A stretch of 64,000 nucleotides of DNA from an uncultured Candidatus Binatia bacterium (GCA_965218425.1 OZ244621.1:2912001-2976000); one strand, 5' to 3'. Shown: positions 1-10,622, counted from the first letter of the stretch. The notes: a model not told the origin generated them from the sequence alone. Numbers and translations: made by a program.

Positions 1-1
1 A

Positions 2-205
2 GCTCCCGGTTCGGGGACGGAGATGCGTCCTGGCACGAAATACACGGCGGATGACCTTGTGCCCATGTTCGAGAGTCATCCAACTCTCAACTTCCTGAGT
101 GAAGAGGACAAGCTGGACATCCTGCACAATACTCCTGCCAAGCTCGCTCCCGGACTGGCCGACGCGGCCACGCAAAACGCCAAGGCCAAAGTTAAAGCGT
201 ACTAG
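2..205 (+). CDS. Amidohydrolase-family protein, C-terminal part (runs off the window start)
   Basis: Frame is open from base 2: APGSGTEMRPGTKYTADDLVPMFESHPTLNFLSEEDKLDILHNTPAKL, resembling amidohydrolase_2 (LigJ-like) C-termini. Confidence 0.5.
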   Translation, partial: APGSGTEMRPGTKYTADDLVPMFESHPTLNFLSEEDKLDILHNTPAKLAPGLADAATQNAKAKVKAY

Positions 206-551
206 AGCACCGGCAGGCTGACCATGAAGCCGCCGCACCAGGGAAAAAGCGGTACAGTAAAGGCGGACAAAACATGATATGAGCCCTTCCGTTGATGGTT
301 CTCAAGGTCCTCCGTTCCATTGCGTCTCTGGGGTGGATAATCGTGCCAGAGGCTTGACAAGGGCTGGGCATCGGTCGCAGAAAGGCCACTTTCAAAAAAT
401 TCAGTATGATTTACGTGGATGGCGGGAGCTTAAGCCAGCCATTTGAGTGATTAAAGACGCTTTGGGAGAGCGGGGAAGAGATAAATAACTAAGGGTTTAC
501 ATCTCCGCCGATCGAAATAAGCAGAGGAGGATAGAGCTATGGTGAAAAGAC

Positions 552-767
552 AACTTCGTCCTCGCAGCGCAGACCACTTCCAGCATCATCTTGCTCGCCA
601 GCCGGGAGACTGTCACATTGTCCATTCTGGCACCCGAATCCATGGCGGGCACCAACGCAAACTATGAACAGGCCGGCATCGTGAGTCTCTTCATCGTCTC
701 GCTTACGGTGGTTGTTGCCCTCATTGCCCGCACGCTCGGCTTGAAGGTTGGACTGCATCATCAATGA
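552..767 (+). pseudogene. C-terminal fragment of an Fe3+-type ABC transporter permease
   Basis: Manual translation NFVLAAQTTSSIILLASRETVTLSILAPESMAGTNANYEQAGIVSLFIVSLTVVVALIARTLGLKVGLHHQ*; no start codon or N-terminal part. Confidence 0.6.
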
Positions 768-1027
768 ATAGCAGGCCGTCTTTAATCCTTAAAAGCGGAT
801 TCCCATCGTTTCGGACCTTGCTAGTTTCAGCTTCCCGTCGGAGAATATCCAGAAGCTGCCGTGGGTCGAACCGGGACAGCAGGGGGCCATGGTCGCCGAA
901 ATTTAAAGTTTCATTGAGCAGTTTCGTGAGCGTCTCTTGGTGCGTTGGAGAAATCAACTCAACGAACCGGTGACGCGCGCGTGGCAACTGAACCGAGTGA
1001 TTAGTATCGAGCGAGAGGACCCTATAA

Positions 1028-1264
1028 ATGAAAGTTATCGAGCGTCCATTAACCGTCGAGCAGGACTCAATCCCCGGATACCTGGCTCAACCTGAGCGGT
1101 TGGAGCCTGGGCCAGCTCTATTGCTTGTCCATCAGAACACCGGGGTCACCGATTACATAAAGATTGAAGCTCTGAAGTTTGCTAAGCTCGGTTACACTAC
1201 CGTTGTCCCGAATCTTTACGAGCTCCTGGGTCGCCCCGGCGCGACTCACATTCACACGGTGTAG
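1028..1264 (+). pseudogene. Dienelactone hydrolase N-terminus, truncated at ~1259 by the prophage end
   Basis: GYLAQP..PGPALLLVHQNTGV..IK..A..FAKLGYTTVVPNLY; the nucleophile G-x-C-x-G region is missing; RBS GAGAGGA upstream. Confidence 0.8.
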
Positions 1265-1268
1265 GGCG

Positions 1269-1315
1269 GCGGGATGCGGGATGAAGCGGGATGAACTGGG
1301 ATGATGCGGGATGGA
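1269..1315 (+). repeat. Tandem 10-bp repeats (GCGGGATGAA consensus), 4 copies plus 1 partial
   Basis: GCGGGAT, GCGGGATGAA, GCGGGATGAA, CTGGGATGAT, GCGGGATGGA, starting 9 bp inside TGTAGGG at 1260. Confidence 0.9.
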
Positions 1316-1503
1316 ACCCTTGTTTTACAGGGGTTTTTGACGACCGCCATTCCGTGGGGTCCGGGACGGGAAATAACCGGAAGTCCTGTCCGGAGCTGTG
1401 GATAACCGGCCTTTAAGGGGCGTTTTCCCGACGTTTCAGGGGTCCGGAATCGACCGGAAATTCAGAGCGCTTTCCGGAGCCCGATTTCGAGCAAAAATTT
1501 TTT

Positions 1504-2334
1504 TTATCGCCGGGGGGGATTCATGACCCTGTCTATCAAAGCTCCCAGTTCCGAGTCTCCGCTATTCAAGACCTCGTCGGCGTGAGGAACGTCGCGAGTG
1601 ATCTCCTCAATCGCACCGAGCTGTCCGACGTTGTGAGCGAATCCGGGATCGATGCCGACCGGCACGGATAGGGTCTGGCCGGTACGGGGATTGAACCATA
1701 GACGTTCCTGGAGTGATCCGGGGGGAGGGCCGTCGGATGGGGAAAAATCGAAGTCTGTCAGGTCGTCGTCGCTGAGCTGCTGCACGGTGCAGCGGCAGCG
1801 CCAGCCGTTGGGGGGGTAGTGTGAGGACCACCACGGGTCGTCCACCTGCAGAATCGTGCCGTGCCAGGCACGGTGTTGCGGCCGGGTCCGGGAATCCAGG
1901 ACTGCGACGTAGCGCAGCCAGGGCCGGTCGTTTTTTACCCGCTCGATGCGCTCCCACCTCCCGCGCGCGTACGAGGTCCGGAGGTTGGTGTCGAAGATGG
2001 TCTTCAGACGGCTCGGGGATCCTAGCTGGACGATCCGGGTCCGGCCGGTGCGAGGGTCGAGCTGCACCTGCCGGCCCCACCAACCTTTATCTTTGAGTAC
2101 GGGCTCCAGACGATCCTGAAATTGCTGAAATGTCTCGCCGTCGGCGATGGCGGCGTCTACGGCCCCGCGGATGTCTTCGAGCAGATCGGTCCTCATGGCC
2201 TTGGCGACGGTGAAGCTTCTCAGGTGCGCGGCGGCGTCGGTGTCGCGCCAGTCGAAAGCGACGTGGTAGCCTTTGGCGCGGAACGTTCGGATCGCCTCGG
2301 TGGGCGAGACATTGAGAATTTCAGGGACGGGCAT
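1504..2334 (-). CDS. Phage Mu protein F-like minor head morphogenesis protein
   Basis: RLKTIFDTNLRTSYARGRW, YVAVLDSRTRPQH, YPPNGWRCRC and GIDPGF motifs. Confidence 0.93.
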   Translation of the reverse strand: MPVPEILNVSPTEAIRTFRAKGYHVAFDWRDTDAAAHLRSFTVAKAMRTDLLEDIRGAVDAAIADGETFQQFQDRLEPVLKDKGWWGRQVQLDPRTGRTRIVQLGSPSRLKTIFDTNLRTSYARGRWERIERVKNDRPWLRYVAVLDSRTRPQHRAWHGTILQVDDPWWSSHYPPNGWRCRCTVQQLSDDDLTDFDFSPSDGPPPGSLQERLWFNPRTGQTLSVPVGIDPGFAHNVGQLGAIEEITRDVPHADEVLNSGDSELGALIDRVMNPPRR

Positions 2335-2556
2335 CGTCGTATTCCGCTGCGGCCTCGATGATCTTTTTGAAACTAGAAATTTGCCTAGAGTTTAGAGCCC
2401 AGCTTATTGGCTGGTTGTCTTCTAGGTCGATCAGAGACAAGAGGATTTTTGCACAATTCCTAGAATTGCAATTTTTAAGCCGCCCAACGTGCCCGTTGTC
2501 TGAACGAATCGGGTAAGTGGGGATTTTGGATCGGGCATCTGGTCCAGTTAAAGGTC

Positions 2557-3824
2557 TTACCTGATACCGTCAGATCTCAGTCTGGCAATCAGGTAGGCCT
2601 GATCCTTGTCGCCCTTGAGGCTGTTGCACGCGCCGCATAGCAGTTGCAGGTTGTCGAAGTGATCGCTTCCGCCCTTGCTTTGGGGCACGACGTGATCCAC
2701 GGTCATGTTGCGGAACGGGAACATTATCCGGCATCCGAAACAATGGCCCTCCTGCTTGCCGTAAAGGGTGTGCCTGTGGGTCTTGTAATCGGGAACCTCG
2801 CCTTGATCCGTGCGCCGGGGAACGTCCGTTCGGTGGTGAACGTCGTAGAAAAGCCCCATCTCTTTCCGTAGCCGCAGCTTGACCAGGTCCGCCGCCTTCG
2901 GGACAGGTCGATGCCCACCCACTGGCGTTTGAGTTTCTCGGCAGCCACGCAGGCCGTGGCGCATCCGGCGAAGGGGTCGAGGACAATATCGCCTTCGTTG
3001 GAGCTGGCTTTGATGATGCGATCCAGTAGTGCCAGGGGTTTCTGGGTGGGGTAGCCTATGCGTTCTTTTGATGATGATGAGATGCTAGAGATAGGCCATA
3101 CGTCCGACATCGCTTTCCCTTCAGCCATGATGTCGGATAGTTTCTTCAGCTTACTCTTACTCCTTCCTCTTCCACCCGGCATCCAGACAACTTCGTTACC
3201 ATCATTGTCCAAGTGGATTTTTTGTTTTCGAGTTTTAATGATCTCATCTCGTGTCCATGGTGTTTTCGGCATACTGAAGTTGCATCCTGCGGTTTTCGCA
3301 TAGAACAAGATCACGTCGTGTTTACGATTAAAGAAGCGGGGCAAGTCCATCAATCGGAACGAATAATCCCACACAATTTCATTCCTGAAGTTATTCGTTC
3401 CGAACACCGCATCCATAAGCAATTTCAAGTAATGGCTTGCCGTGGGGTCACAATGCAGGTAGATACTCCCCGTCTCCTTCAACAACCGCCGCATTTCCAG
3501 GAGCCGCACGGCCATCATGATGAGGTAGGACTTCATGCCCTTGCCGTGGGAGTGCTTGGCCGCGTCGATGATAGAGTAAAGGGCCGGTTCCCGGTCGGCA
3601 ATCTCCCCGTGCCACGCTTCGTCCACGTCGCTCAGGGTCCAGGTGTCCTTGAAGGCGGCGCCGGCGGCCTCGGAGCCGATAGGGGCGGCGTAATTCTTGT
3701 TGGAATTGAAAGGCGGGTCCAGGTAGATGAGGTCAACGCTCTCGGAGTTCAGGCCCCGCATGATGTCGAGGTTGTCCCCGGTCCACAGAGTGCGGTTGGT
3801 CCAGTTTGGGTTGCCCCTAGACAT
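2557..3824 (-). CDS. Beta-class N6/N4 DNA methyltransferase fused to a C-terminal HNH endonuclease (1-nt frameshift at ~2901)
   Basis: DLIYLDPPF, YPTQKP and LDPFAGCAT, then CFGC..TVDHVVPQSKGGSDHFDNLQLLCGACNSLKG. One extra C in the run at 2900-2902 gives a continuous GIDLSPKAADLVKLRL. Confidence 0.85.
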
Positions 3825-3872
3825 CGGCGGCTATACATATCAGGAGGCATCCGGAGAAGTCAATTCCCTTTT

Positions 3873-5000
3873 TTAATCCTCCTCCAACCCGGCGTTGCTG
3901 GATAGTGAAGCGGTGAAGCCGAGGCGGCGAAGGGTCTCGATCAACTTCGAGTCGTCGAGGCCGGCGATGAGGTCCGGCAGCCGGGCGCGGAAAGTCTGCA
4001 AGCTCTCGCCGGGCCTGAGGGAGGTGCGGGCGGCGGCCAGGATGGGCTCGATAAGCGGCTCCATGATGGGCTCCCAGCGATCTCCGTCAAGCGAGCGATC
4101 GACGGCTCGCTGTATCGCGTCGCGCCGGTCCGCCTCGGCCTGGGCCCACGCGCGGGCCTGCGCGGGGGGCATGCCGGGAGGGGGCTCGGAGCGGCCGCCT
4201 ATCACGTCGTCGCCCTCATCGGGTTCAGTGAAGCCGAGGCGCTCGCGGACCTCGATCGTTTTCACTTTCAAACCCTGCGGCAAAAGCTTGGACAGGGCCT
4301 CGGCCATCATCGCGGGGTCGTACTGCTCCTCGCGGCCGATCCGGATCATGGGCCACTTGTCGCGCATGCCGCGGTTGAGGAAAACGAGAGGGCGGACGAT
4401 GTCGCGGTTCAGCGTGGCCGCAAGCTGGCGCGCGTCGGAGCGCTCGATATCGTCCTTGACGCCCTCGTGTACGGTGCCGAGCGCGTAGGACCCGCTGCCC
4501 TCCTGGCCGGCGTCGGTGGTGAGCGTCTGGCCGAGAACCGCCTTGGAGATCTGCATGTCGAAGTAAAGAAGCAGGTCGTGGTAAAGCTTGGACTGAGGGC
4601 CGGTCCCCTTGGACTCGATAAACTCGATCATCATCCCCTCCGGGATGATCGCGGCGTCGTCGCCGGCGACGTTGCGCACGGCGCGGAGCAGCACGGCGCG
4701 GTCCTCTTTGGACGAGCCCTTGTCGTACTTTCCGAGGCGGATGGGGTGGCTGTAAGCCTCTATAAAACGAAGCCAGTCCTTTATGCCGTAGTGTTTGAAC
4801 AGCCAGGCCCACGCGGCCGCGCGGGCGAGGCCGCCGCGTATGGACAGGCCGGACTTGGCGTGATGCCGGTGTACCACAAACTTTCCCGGCTCGAGGTCCG
4901 TCCATTGCAAAGTGTCGTCGCGGCGCTGGAGCCTCATGCTCGATTCCCAGTCGTAGCGGAACCACGCGGGCAGGCGGTATTCGAGGTGCGCCTTGAAGGG
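3873..5000 (-). pseudogene. Mu gp29-like (DUF935) portal protein, N-terminus missing
   Basis: GLARAAAWAWLFK..W..F.E....P.R.GKY and ISKAVLGQTLTT..GS.ALG.VH motifs; in-frame stop at 5058-5060 upstream and no native start. Confidence 0.85.
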
Positions 5001-5307
5001 CTGTTTAAGGGATTTATTGGGCGCGATGACTCTACGGGGAAGGAAAGAATTTAAAGATCACACCCATGGATAGAAAAAATAACAAGAGGCTCATCATTAA
5101 GGTGAAGTCCCCCAAAAAAATCAACCCTCGCCACCTCGAAGACTTCAACTTATATGTTGTCAAGGGATAAATGCCTAACGGAATGTTATCCAAATCGATC
5201 ACGCAAGACGAAGGAGGGCCGGCCCGTTGGCCTGGCCGGCGGTGTTCCGGGATTTTCTTCGCTTCTCGGCGGCCGCTCCTCAAAAGCAGATAACTGTCAT
5301 TTGAACG

Positions 5308-6435
5308 CTATCTCCTCTTTCGAGCCGCTTTACCCGCGTCGGCTCTCGCTTTGGCGACGAGTTTCTTAAGGCCGCTCACGTCCCTGTATCGGAACAGGTT
5401 GGCAATCATATACTTCCCCCCCGGTTTGGCGACGGTAAAGGGATCGGTGATCATGTCCTTGGGAATATCCATCCGCATGGAGTTGCGGTCCGCATTCTTC
5501 TGCCATGCAATTTGCCCCTCCTTGGATATCATCCAGTTTGCGAAAACAGTGGCTGCGTTGGGATGAGGAGCGCGATTTACAACGGCGAGTTGACCCCATC
5601 CCCCGGACATATACGCCTCGGAGGTGGGTGCCCGATAGATGTCAACGGGCAAGCCCTGTTTTTTGGCGGTCGCTACCTCAGTGCCCCGGGCTGCAATGTA
5701 GAGCTCGTATCTTCCTCTGGCGACCCAGTCGATCATCTGCACGATGTCTCTCCCTATGGTGATGTCCTGCTCGCCGAACAATCGCTTGATAAATTTTGGC
5801 CCCAGGTTCTTGTTGTAGTAGATGCCCTTCCAGGTGGCCAGCTGGCCCCGCGTCGTCGGATCGTAGGACACCATCTTGCCGCGCCATTGGGGATTGAGAA
5901 GGTCCTTGAAGCTCTTAAGCTTTCCCGGCTTGTGCTTCTTGGTGTTATAGAGTGCGATGGTGGAGGTGACGGTCCCTTCCATAAGAAAGAGGGACTTATT
6001 GGGAACCGCGTAATGATGTTGCTTTCTGAACCAGGCCGACTGGTCCGCGGCTTGCGGTAAGATCAACAGGGGTGGAAGGGGGTCAAAGTAACCCTTTTCT
6101 GCCAAGATGCCGCCAGTTCCGGCGCCTCCAACAAAAATGTCCGCGATAAATTTTTCCGCCCGGCGTTCGGCGCCGAGCCGATTGGCGTGCTGGCTTCCCG
6201 AACCGGGAACGTAGACCATTTTGATTTTGGGATAGACGCTTTTAAATGTCTCAATGGCGTTGATGTACTGGTTTCCCGGGGGGCCATAGACCCTGATACC
6301 CCCCTCTTTTCGTGCCGCCGCCAGGGTCTTTTCCCAGTCGGCCTTCCAATCCGCTTGTGCCGGTTCATAAAAAGTCATCACAAGAAGACTCAAAAACAAT
6401 GAAAACGTGAAGAAAAGTCTTAGACGATAAACCAT
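5308..6435 (-). CDS. ABC transporter substrate-binding protein (AfuA/Fe3+-like family)
   Basis: Signal peptide, WEKTLAAARKEG and APHPNAATVFANWMISKEGQ motifs. Confidence 0.88.
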   Translation of the reverse strand: MVYRLRLFFTFSLFLSLLVMTFYEPAQADWKADWEKTLAAARKEGGIRVYGPPGNQYINAIETFKSVYPKIKMVYVPGSGSQHANRLGAERRAEKFIADIFVGGAGTGGILAEKGYFDPLPPLLILPQAADQSAWFRKQHHYAVPNKSLFLMEGTVTSTIALYNTKKHKPGKLKSFKDLLNPQWRGKMVSYDPTTRGQLATWKGIYYNKNLGPKFIKRLFGEQDITIGRDIVQMIDWVARGRYELYIAARGTEVATAKKQGLPVDIYRAPTSEAYMSGGWGQLAVVNRAPHPNAATVFANWMISKEGQIAWQKNADRNSMRMDIPKDMITDPFTVAKPGGKYMIANLFRYRDVSGLKKLVAKARADAGKAARKRR

Positions 6436-7064
6436 TTTTATTGCCTCCTATTGATGGCGAGATTATGGATAACCACGGCAGTCTAATGAGAATGGGCGCC
6501 GCTGTCAAATCGCAGAATACTGACCATGCCTCTGGAGCTCCCAATCATTCAGCGCCACCAAGGATAATGGCGCGGCCAGTCCAAACAGATTGTTACGCTC
6601 TGGCCGGTAGAACGACCCAATTCAATGCTCCCGGAAAGAGATCACCCCCGCAATCTTGACTGCCACAATTGCGTCTAGGCCAATCAACATCGAGTCAACC
6701 GGGGCCCAGAGCATCTCCCGGCCCAACGAAAAACGACGTTAGAGAATTGTCTTCCGGACGGTTTTAGAAAGGGTGTGGATGATGAGGGCAAACGCCCCTG
6801 GAGCGCTGAAAGAACCGTCTCTTATGTGGTGAGTAGGGTCGAGAGGGCAATAGGTTGGGCATCAACCGCATAGCACGCGCTCCCTGAGGCGGCAATCCTA
6901 GATCGTTCAAGGGACGGTGTCCGTGGTTCCTCAAATGGTACGGTAAATGCCCTTTGTTCGATATAACCATGGCTGTGACTTCCAGTTGACACATACCCGG
7001 CGTCTTGATAGGAGAATTGGACTCAGGGGACCCTTCAGGTCCTTTTATTTAGAAGGGAGAATTT

Positions 7065-8618
7065 ATGGCATTTTTACGAACAATATCTTTGTTTTTGGGG
7101 CTCTTCATGTTTACCGGGTCCCTATGGGGAGCGGATACTCCCAAACAGGGGGGCAGTTTGGTGTTCGGCATACGGAAAGACCTTTCTTCCCTTAATCCTT
7201 TTTGGAGGACTCAGTCCACGGATTCCTATGTAAGGCAGCTCATTTTCGAAGGTCTGCTGGATTTTGACCTTAAAGGGAAACCGGTCCCGGCCCTGGCGGA
7301 GTCCTGGAAGATCTCCTCGGACGGGTTGACATACACCTTCAAGCTGCGCAGCGGCGTCAAATTCCACAACGGCAAAGAGATGACCGCTCAGGACGTCAAG
7401 TGGAGCGCGGATTACGCCCTGGATCCTAAGAATGCGGCCACGGGACTTTCGCTACTCAGAAACGTCAAGTCCGTTAAGGCCAAGGATAAGCTCACCATAG
7501 AGTTTACTTTAAAGGAGCGCGAGCCGATCTTTCTTTCCACTCTGGCATCCATTCGCCCATTTACAGTGGTGCCGGAGGGGTCGGTGCCCACAGGGGAGCG
7601 GAAGATCAAGGGTTTCCCTCCGGGTACGGGTCCCTTTATATTCAAGGAATATGAAAGGGCCCGACAGTTGGTGGTGGTACGGAACAAAAACTACTGGCAG
7701 AAAGGTCTGCCTTACCTCGATGCAGTGGTCATGAAACCTGTGCGGGATACCCAGGTCCGATTCACCTCGCTAAGGGCCGGTGATCTGGACCTCATTGAAA
7801 GGGCGCCCTATGCCTTTGTGCGAAAATTGCTCAACGGCGAGTATCCCAAACTCGGAGTCGCAGAGGCGAAATACTCAGGCTTTCGCCGCCTTATCTTCGA
7901 GGTGACCAAACCGCCTTTCGATAATATGAAGGTTCGTCAAGCGGTATATCACGCACTGGATATGAACGAACTGATTACGGCGGCCTATTGGGGTTTCGGA
8001 GAGCCGGCCACCGTGTGGGCGGTCCCTACCTCAAGCCCCTGGCACAACGGGCTGCCGGGAGTCAAGCGCGATGTGGCCAAGGCGAAGGCCCTGCTGAAAG
8101 AGTCCGGTGCGGGTTCAGATGTCGTGGTTAAGATCGACGCTCGGAGAGGAGAGGAGGATGTGGTGCAGGTGCTTCAACGCCAACTGGCCAGTGCCGGGTT
8201 CAAGGTAGAACTGGAGTTTCTGACCGGGGGCAAGATGTCGCGGAAGAGGCGCTCCGGGAATTTCAAGGTGGCGTTTAGCGGAGCAGAGCCCGTGAAGGAC
8301 CCTGCGGATGCCTATCCCTTCCGGTTCTCGTGCCTGGAGGGGAAGAGAGAGAAGCGCATCCTGAATTACTCCGGCTACTGCAATCCGAAGTTTGACGAGC
8401 TGGTGGCGGAGGCGGGGAGGATCACGGACCAGAAGAAGCGCTTTGAGCTCTACGATAAGGCCATTCGTATTCTTCATGCCGATCTTCCGGAGATCCCATT
8501 GGTCTTTGTGCCAAGGTATTTCGCATTCAACAAGAAGGTCAGGGGATTCACCACCGATGATGGGGCTCGCTTCAATCTGACCACCGGCGGGCTATCGCGG
8601 ACGTGGATAGCAAAATAG
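7065..8618 (+). CDS. Peptide/nickel ABC transporter substrate-binding protein (family 5)
   Basis: PALAESWKISSDGLTYTFKLRSGVKFHNG..TAQDV and GTGPF motifs; signal peptide. Confidence 0.95.
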   Translation: MAFLRTISLFLGLFMFTGSLWGADTPKQGGSLVFGIRKDLSSLNPFWRTQSTDSYVRQLIFEGLLDFDLKGKPVPALAESWKISSDGLTYTFKLRSGVKFHNGKEMTAQDVKWSADYALDPKNAATGLSLLRNVKSVKAKDKLTIEFTLKEREPIFLSTLASIRPFTVVPEGSVPTGERKIKGFPPGTGPFIFKEYERARQLVVVRNKNYWQKGLPYLDAVVMKPVRDTQVRFTSLRAGDLDLIERAPYAFVRKLLNGEYPKLGVAEAKYSGFRRLIFEVTKPPFDNMKVRQAVYHALDMNELITAAYWGFGEPATVWAVPTSSPWHNGLPGVKRDVAKAKALLKESGAGSDVVVKIDARRGEEDVVQVLQRQLASAGFKVELEFLTGGKMSRKRRSGNFKVAFSGAEPVKDPADAYPFRFSCLEGKREKRILNYSGYCNPKFDELVAEAGRITDQKKRFELYDKAIRILHADLPEIPLVFVPRYFAFNKKVRGFTTDDGARFNLTTGGLSRTWIAK

Positions 8619-8655
8619 AGCGTGAGCGAGAGAAAAAAATGAAGAAGAGGATCGC

Positions 8656-9609
8656 TTGAGCAAATATGTTCTGAAGCGTCTTCTCCAACTGGTCCCGGTC
8701 CTCTTCTTTGTTTCCATCTTTGTTTTTCTGATCATCCATCTCATCCCCGGCGATCCGGTGGAGGTCATGCTGGGTGAGGACGACGCCGTCGCCAGTCAAG
8801 AGTTGTACGACGCCCTGAAGAAACGTCTTGGTCTGGATGCCCCTATCCATATCCAGTACCTGCGCTGGATGGGGAATATCCTACGGGGAAATATGGGGCA
8901 GTCCATGCAGACAGGGGAGCCGGTCTGGGACATGGTCAAGGCCCGCTATCCCGCTACGATTTACCTGGCATTGAGCGCCTTTTTCGTGGGGATCCTGATC
9001 TCGATCCCAGCCGGCGCCCTAGCCGCAGTTAAACAAAACACCCCAGTGGACTACTCGGCCATGGGGTTTGCCCTGTTCGGCATTTCGGTGCCCAATTTCT
9101 GGCTGGCCCTTCTGCTCATTCTCGGGTTGAGTCTGTACGTGCGGGTATTTCCCACCATGGGGTACGTGGACCCGAGCGTTCACTTTGGTCTCTTTCTCTG
9201 GCACCTCATTCTCCCCTCCATTGTGTTGGGCACCGCCATGGCCTCCAGTATCACACGGTTCGTCAGGGCCGAAATGTTAGAACAGCTGCGGTTGGATTAC
9301 GTGCGTACGGCGAAAGCCAAAGGGCTGCCTCCACATACGATTGTCTCCCATCATGTCCTGAAAAATTCTCTGGTGGCAGCCACCACCGTCATCGGGTTGG
9401 AAGTGGGTCGGCTCTTTGGCGGGTCCACCATTGTGGAAACGGTTTTTTCCTGGCCCGGGGTGGCCCTCTTGGTGTTGGAGTCTGTCTATGCCCGGGACTA
9501 TCCTCTCCTCCAGGGATCCGTCCTATTCCTTGCGGTCACCTATGTCTTTGTAAACCTGTTCGTGGATATCATTTACAAGTGGTTAGATCCGAGAATTCAA
9601 CTGGGGTAG
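8656..9609 (+). CDS. dppB: Peptide/nickel ABC permease (DppB-like)
   Basis: PGDPV, DYVRTAKAKGL, VETVFSWPG and DYPLLQG motifs. Confidence 0.93.
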   Translation: MSKYVLKRLLQLVPVLFFVSIFVFLIIHLIPGDPVEVMLGEDDAVASQELYDALKKRLGLDAPIHIQYLRWMGNILRGNMGQSMQTGEPVWDMVKARYPATIYLALSAFFVGILISIPAGALAAVKQNTPVDYSAMGFALFGISVPNFWLALLLILGLSLYVRVFPTMGYVDPSVHFGLFLWHLILPSIVLGTAMASSITRFVRAEMLEQLRLDYVRTAKAKGLPPHTIVSHHVLKNSLVAATTVIGLEVGRLFGGSTIVETVFSWPGVALLVLESVYARDYPLLQGSVLFLAVTYVFVNLFVDIIYKWLDPRIQLG

Positions 9610-9610
9610 C

Positions 9611-10516
9611 ATGGCCAATACAACGGGTCATATGGTGAATCCCGCCACCTCATCGGTAACCTTTCAAAAGTTGGCCGAACATATCGTGGGCGGTCTACGG
9701 ATGATTTTACGCAACCGCCTTTCCGCCCTAGGGCTTCTTTTGATCGTGCTGGTGGTGTTTGCGGCTCTCGGGGCGGATCTCATTATCACCCAGGACCCTT
9801 ATCAGATGAACGTGATCGATCGTCTGTCTGGGCCTTCGGTTCAGCACCTCTTCGGCACCGATCTCTTCGGCCGGGACATCTTTACCCGCGTTGTCCTGGG
9901 AACCCGCATCGCCATGCAGGTGGCCGTGGGCGCCGTTCTCCTGGCCGTTATTATCGGAGTTCCTTTAGGAGCCTTCTCCGGTTATGTGGGTGGACGGGTG
10001 GATACCCTTATTATGCGTTTCATCGACGCGGTCCTCGCCTTTCCCGGGCGATTGCTGGCCATCGCCTTGGTGGCTGCTCTGGGCGCTAACTTTTTGACTC
10101 TGTGGCTGGCCATCGGCATCACCTCCATCCCAGGCTACGCCCGGGTGGTTCGAGGGGTGGTCCTTTCACAAAAAGAGAAAGAATACGTCGAGGCCGCCCG
10201 CATGACGGGCGAGTCCGAGTTGAGGATCCTTTTCTTTCAGATCATTCCCAACTGCATCGGTCCCATCCTGGTTTTGGTGACTCTTGATTGCGCCCATGCC
10301 ATTACCACGGAGTCCTCTCTTAGTTTTCTCGGGCTGGGATTTGCTCCTCCCTCTCCCAGTTGGGGCCTCATGCTCAACGAGGCACGGGGTTACATGGAGC
10401 TTGGCCCCCACGTTGCCATCTTTCCAGGTCTGGCCATCTCCTTGACCATATTGGGCTTCAACCTGCTGGGCGATGGCCTGCGGGATGTTTTTGATCCCCG
10501 TCAGTACGATAGATAA
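9611..10516 (+). CDS. dppC: Peptide/nickel ABC permease (DppC-like)
   Basis: HLFGTDLFGRDI, EYVEAA, ESSLSFLGLG and NLLGDGLRD motifs. Confidence 0.93.
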   Translation: MANTTGHMVNPATSSVTFQKLAEHIVGGLRMILRNRLSALGLLLIVLVVFAALGADLIITQDPYQMNVIDRLSGPSVQHLFGTDLFGRDIFTRVVLGTRIAMQVAVGAVLLAVIIGVPLGAFSGYVGGRVDTLIMRFIDAVLAFPGRLLAIALVAALGANFLTLWLAIGITSIPGYARVVRGVVLSQKEKEYVEAARMTGESELRILFFQIIPNCIGPILVLVTLDCAHAITTESSLSFLGLGFAPPSPSWGLMLNEARGYMELGPHVAIFPGLAISLTILGFNLLGDGLRDVFDPRQYDR

Positions 10517-10622
10517 TAGGCTACCTCATTGACGCTTTCCGAGTGGATGGTGTCGCTTGCACCCGTGTCCTGAATATTAATATAACAGGCATGGGTATTT
10601 GGATTTTGATAAGGAGACAGCA

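Larger units (their letters stand above)
1260..5000 (-). mobile_element. Mu-like (transposable) prophage remnant
   Basis: Mu gp29-like portal and gpF genes; TG-initiated end with tandem repeats at 1260; the right boundary is approximate (portal is 5'-truncated). Confidence 0.7.

Noticed and set aside
721..987. 88-aa minus-strand ORF
   Set aside because: No recognisable motif, weak start, and it overlaps the permease fragment; cannot be supported.
1269..1315. Tandem repeats as a CRISPR array
   Set aside because: 10-bp units with no spacers, and no cas genes in the window.
1504..2334. MuF polymorphic toxin
   Set aside because: Only ~40 aa follow the MuF domain, with no toxin domain or immunity gene.
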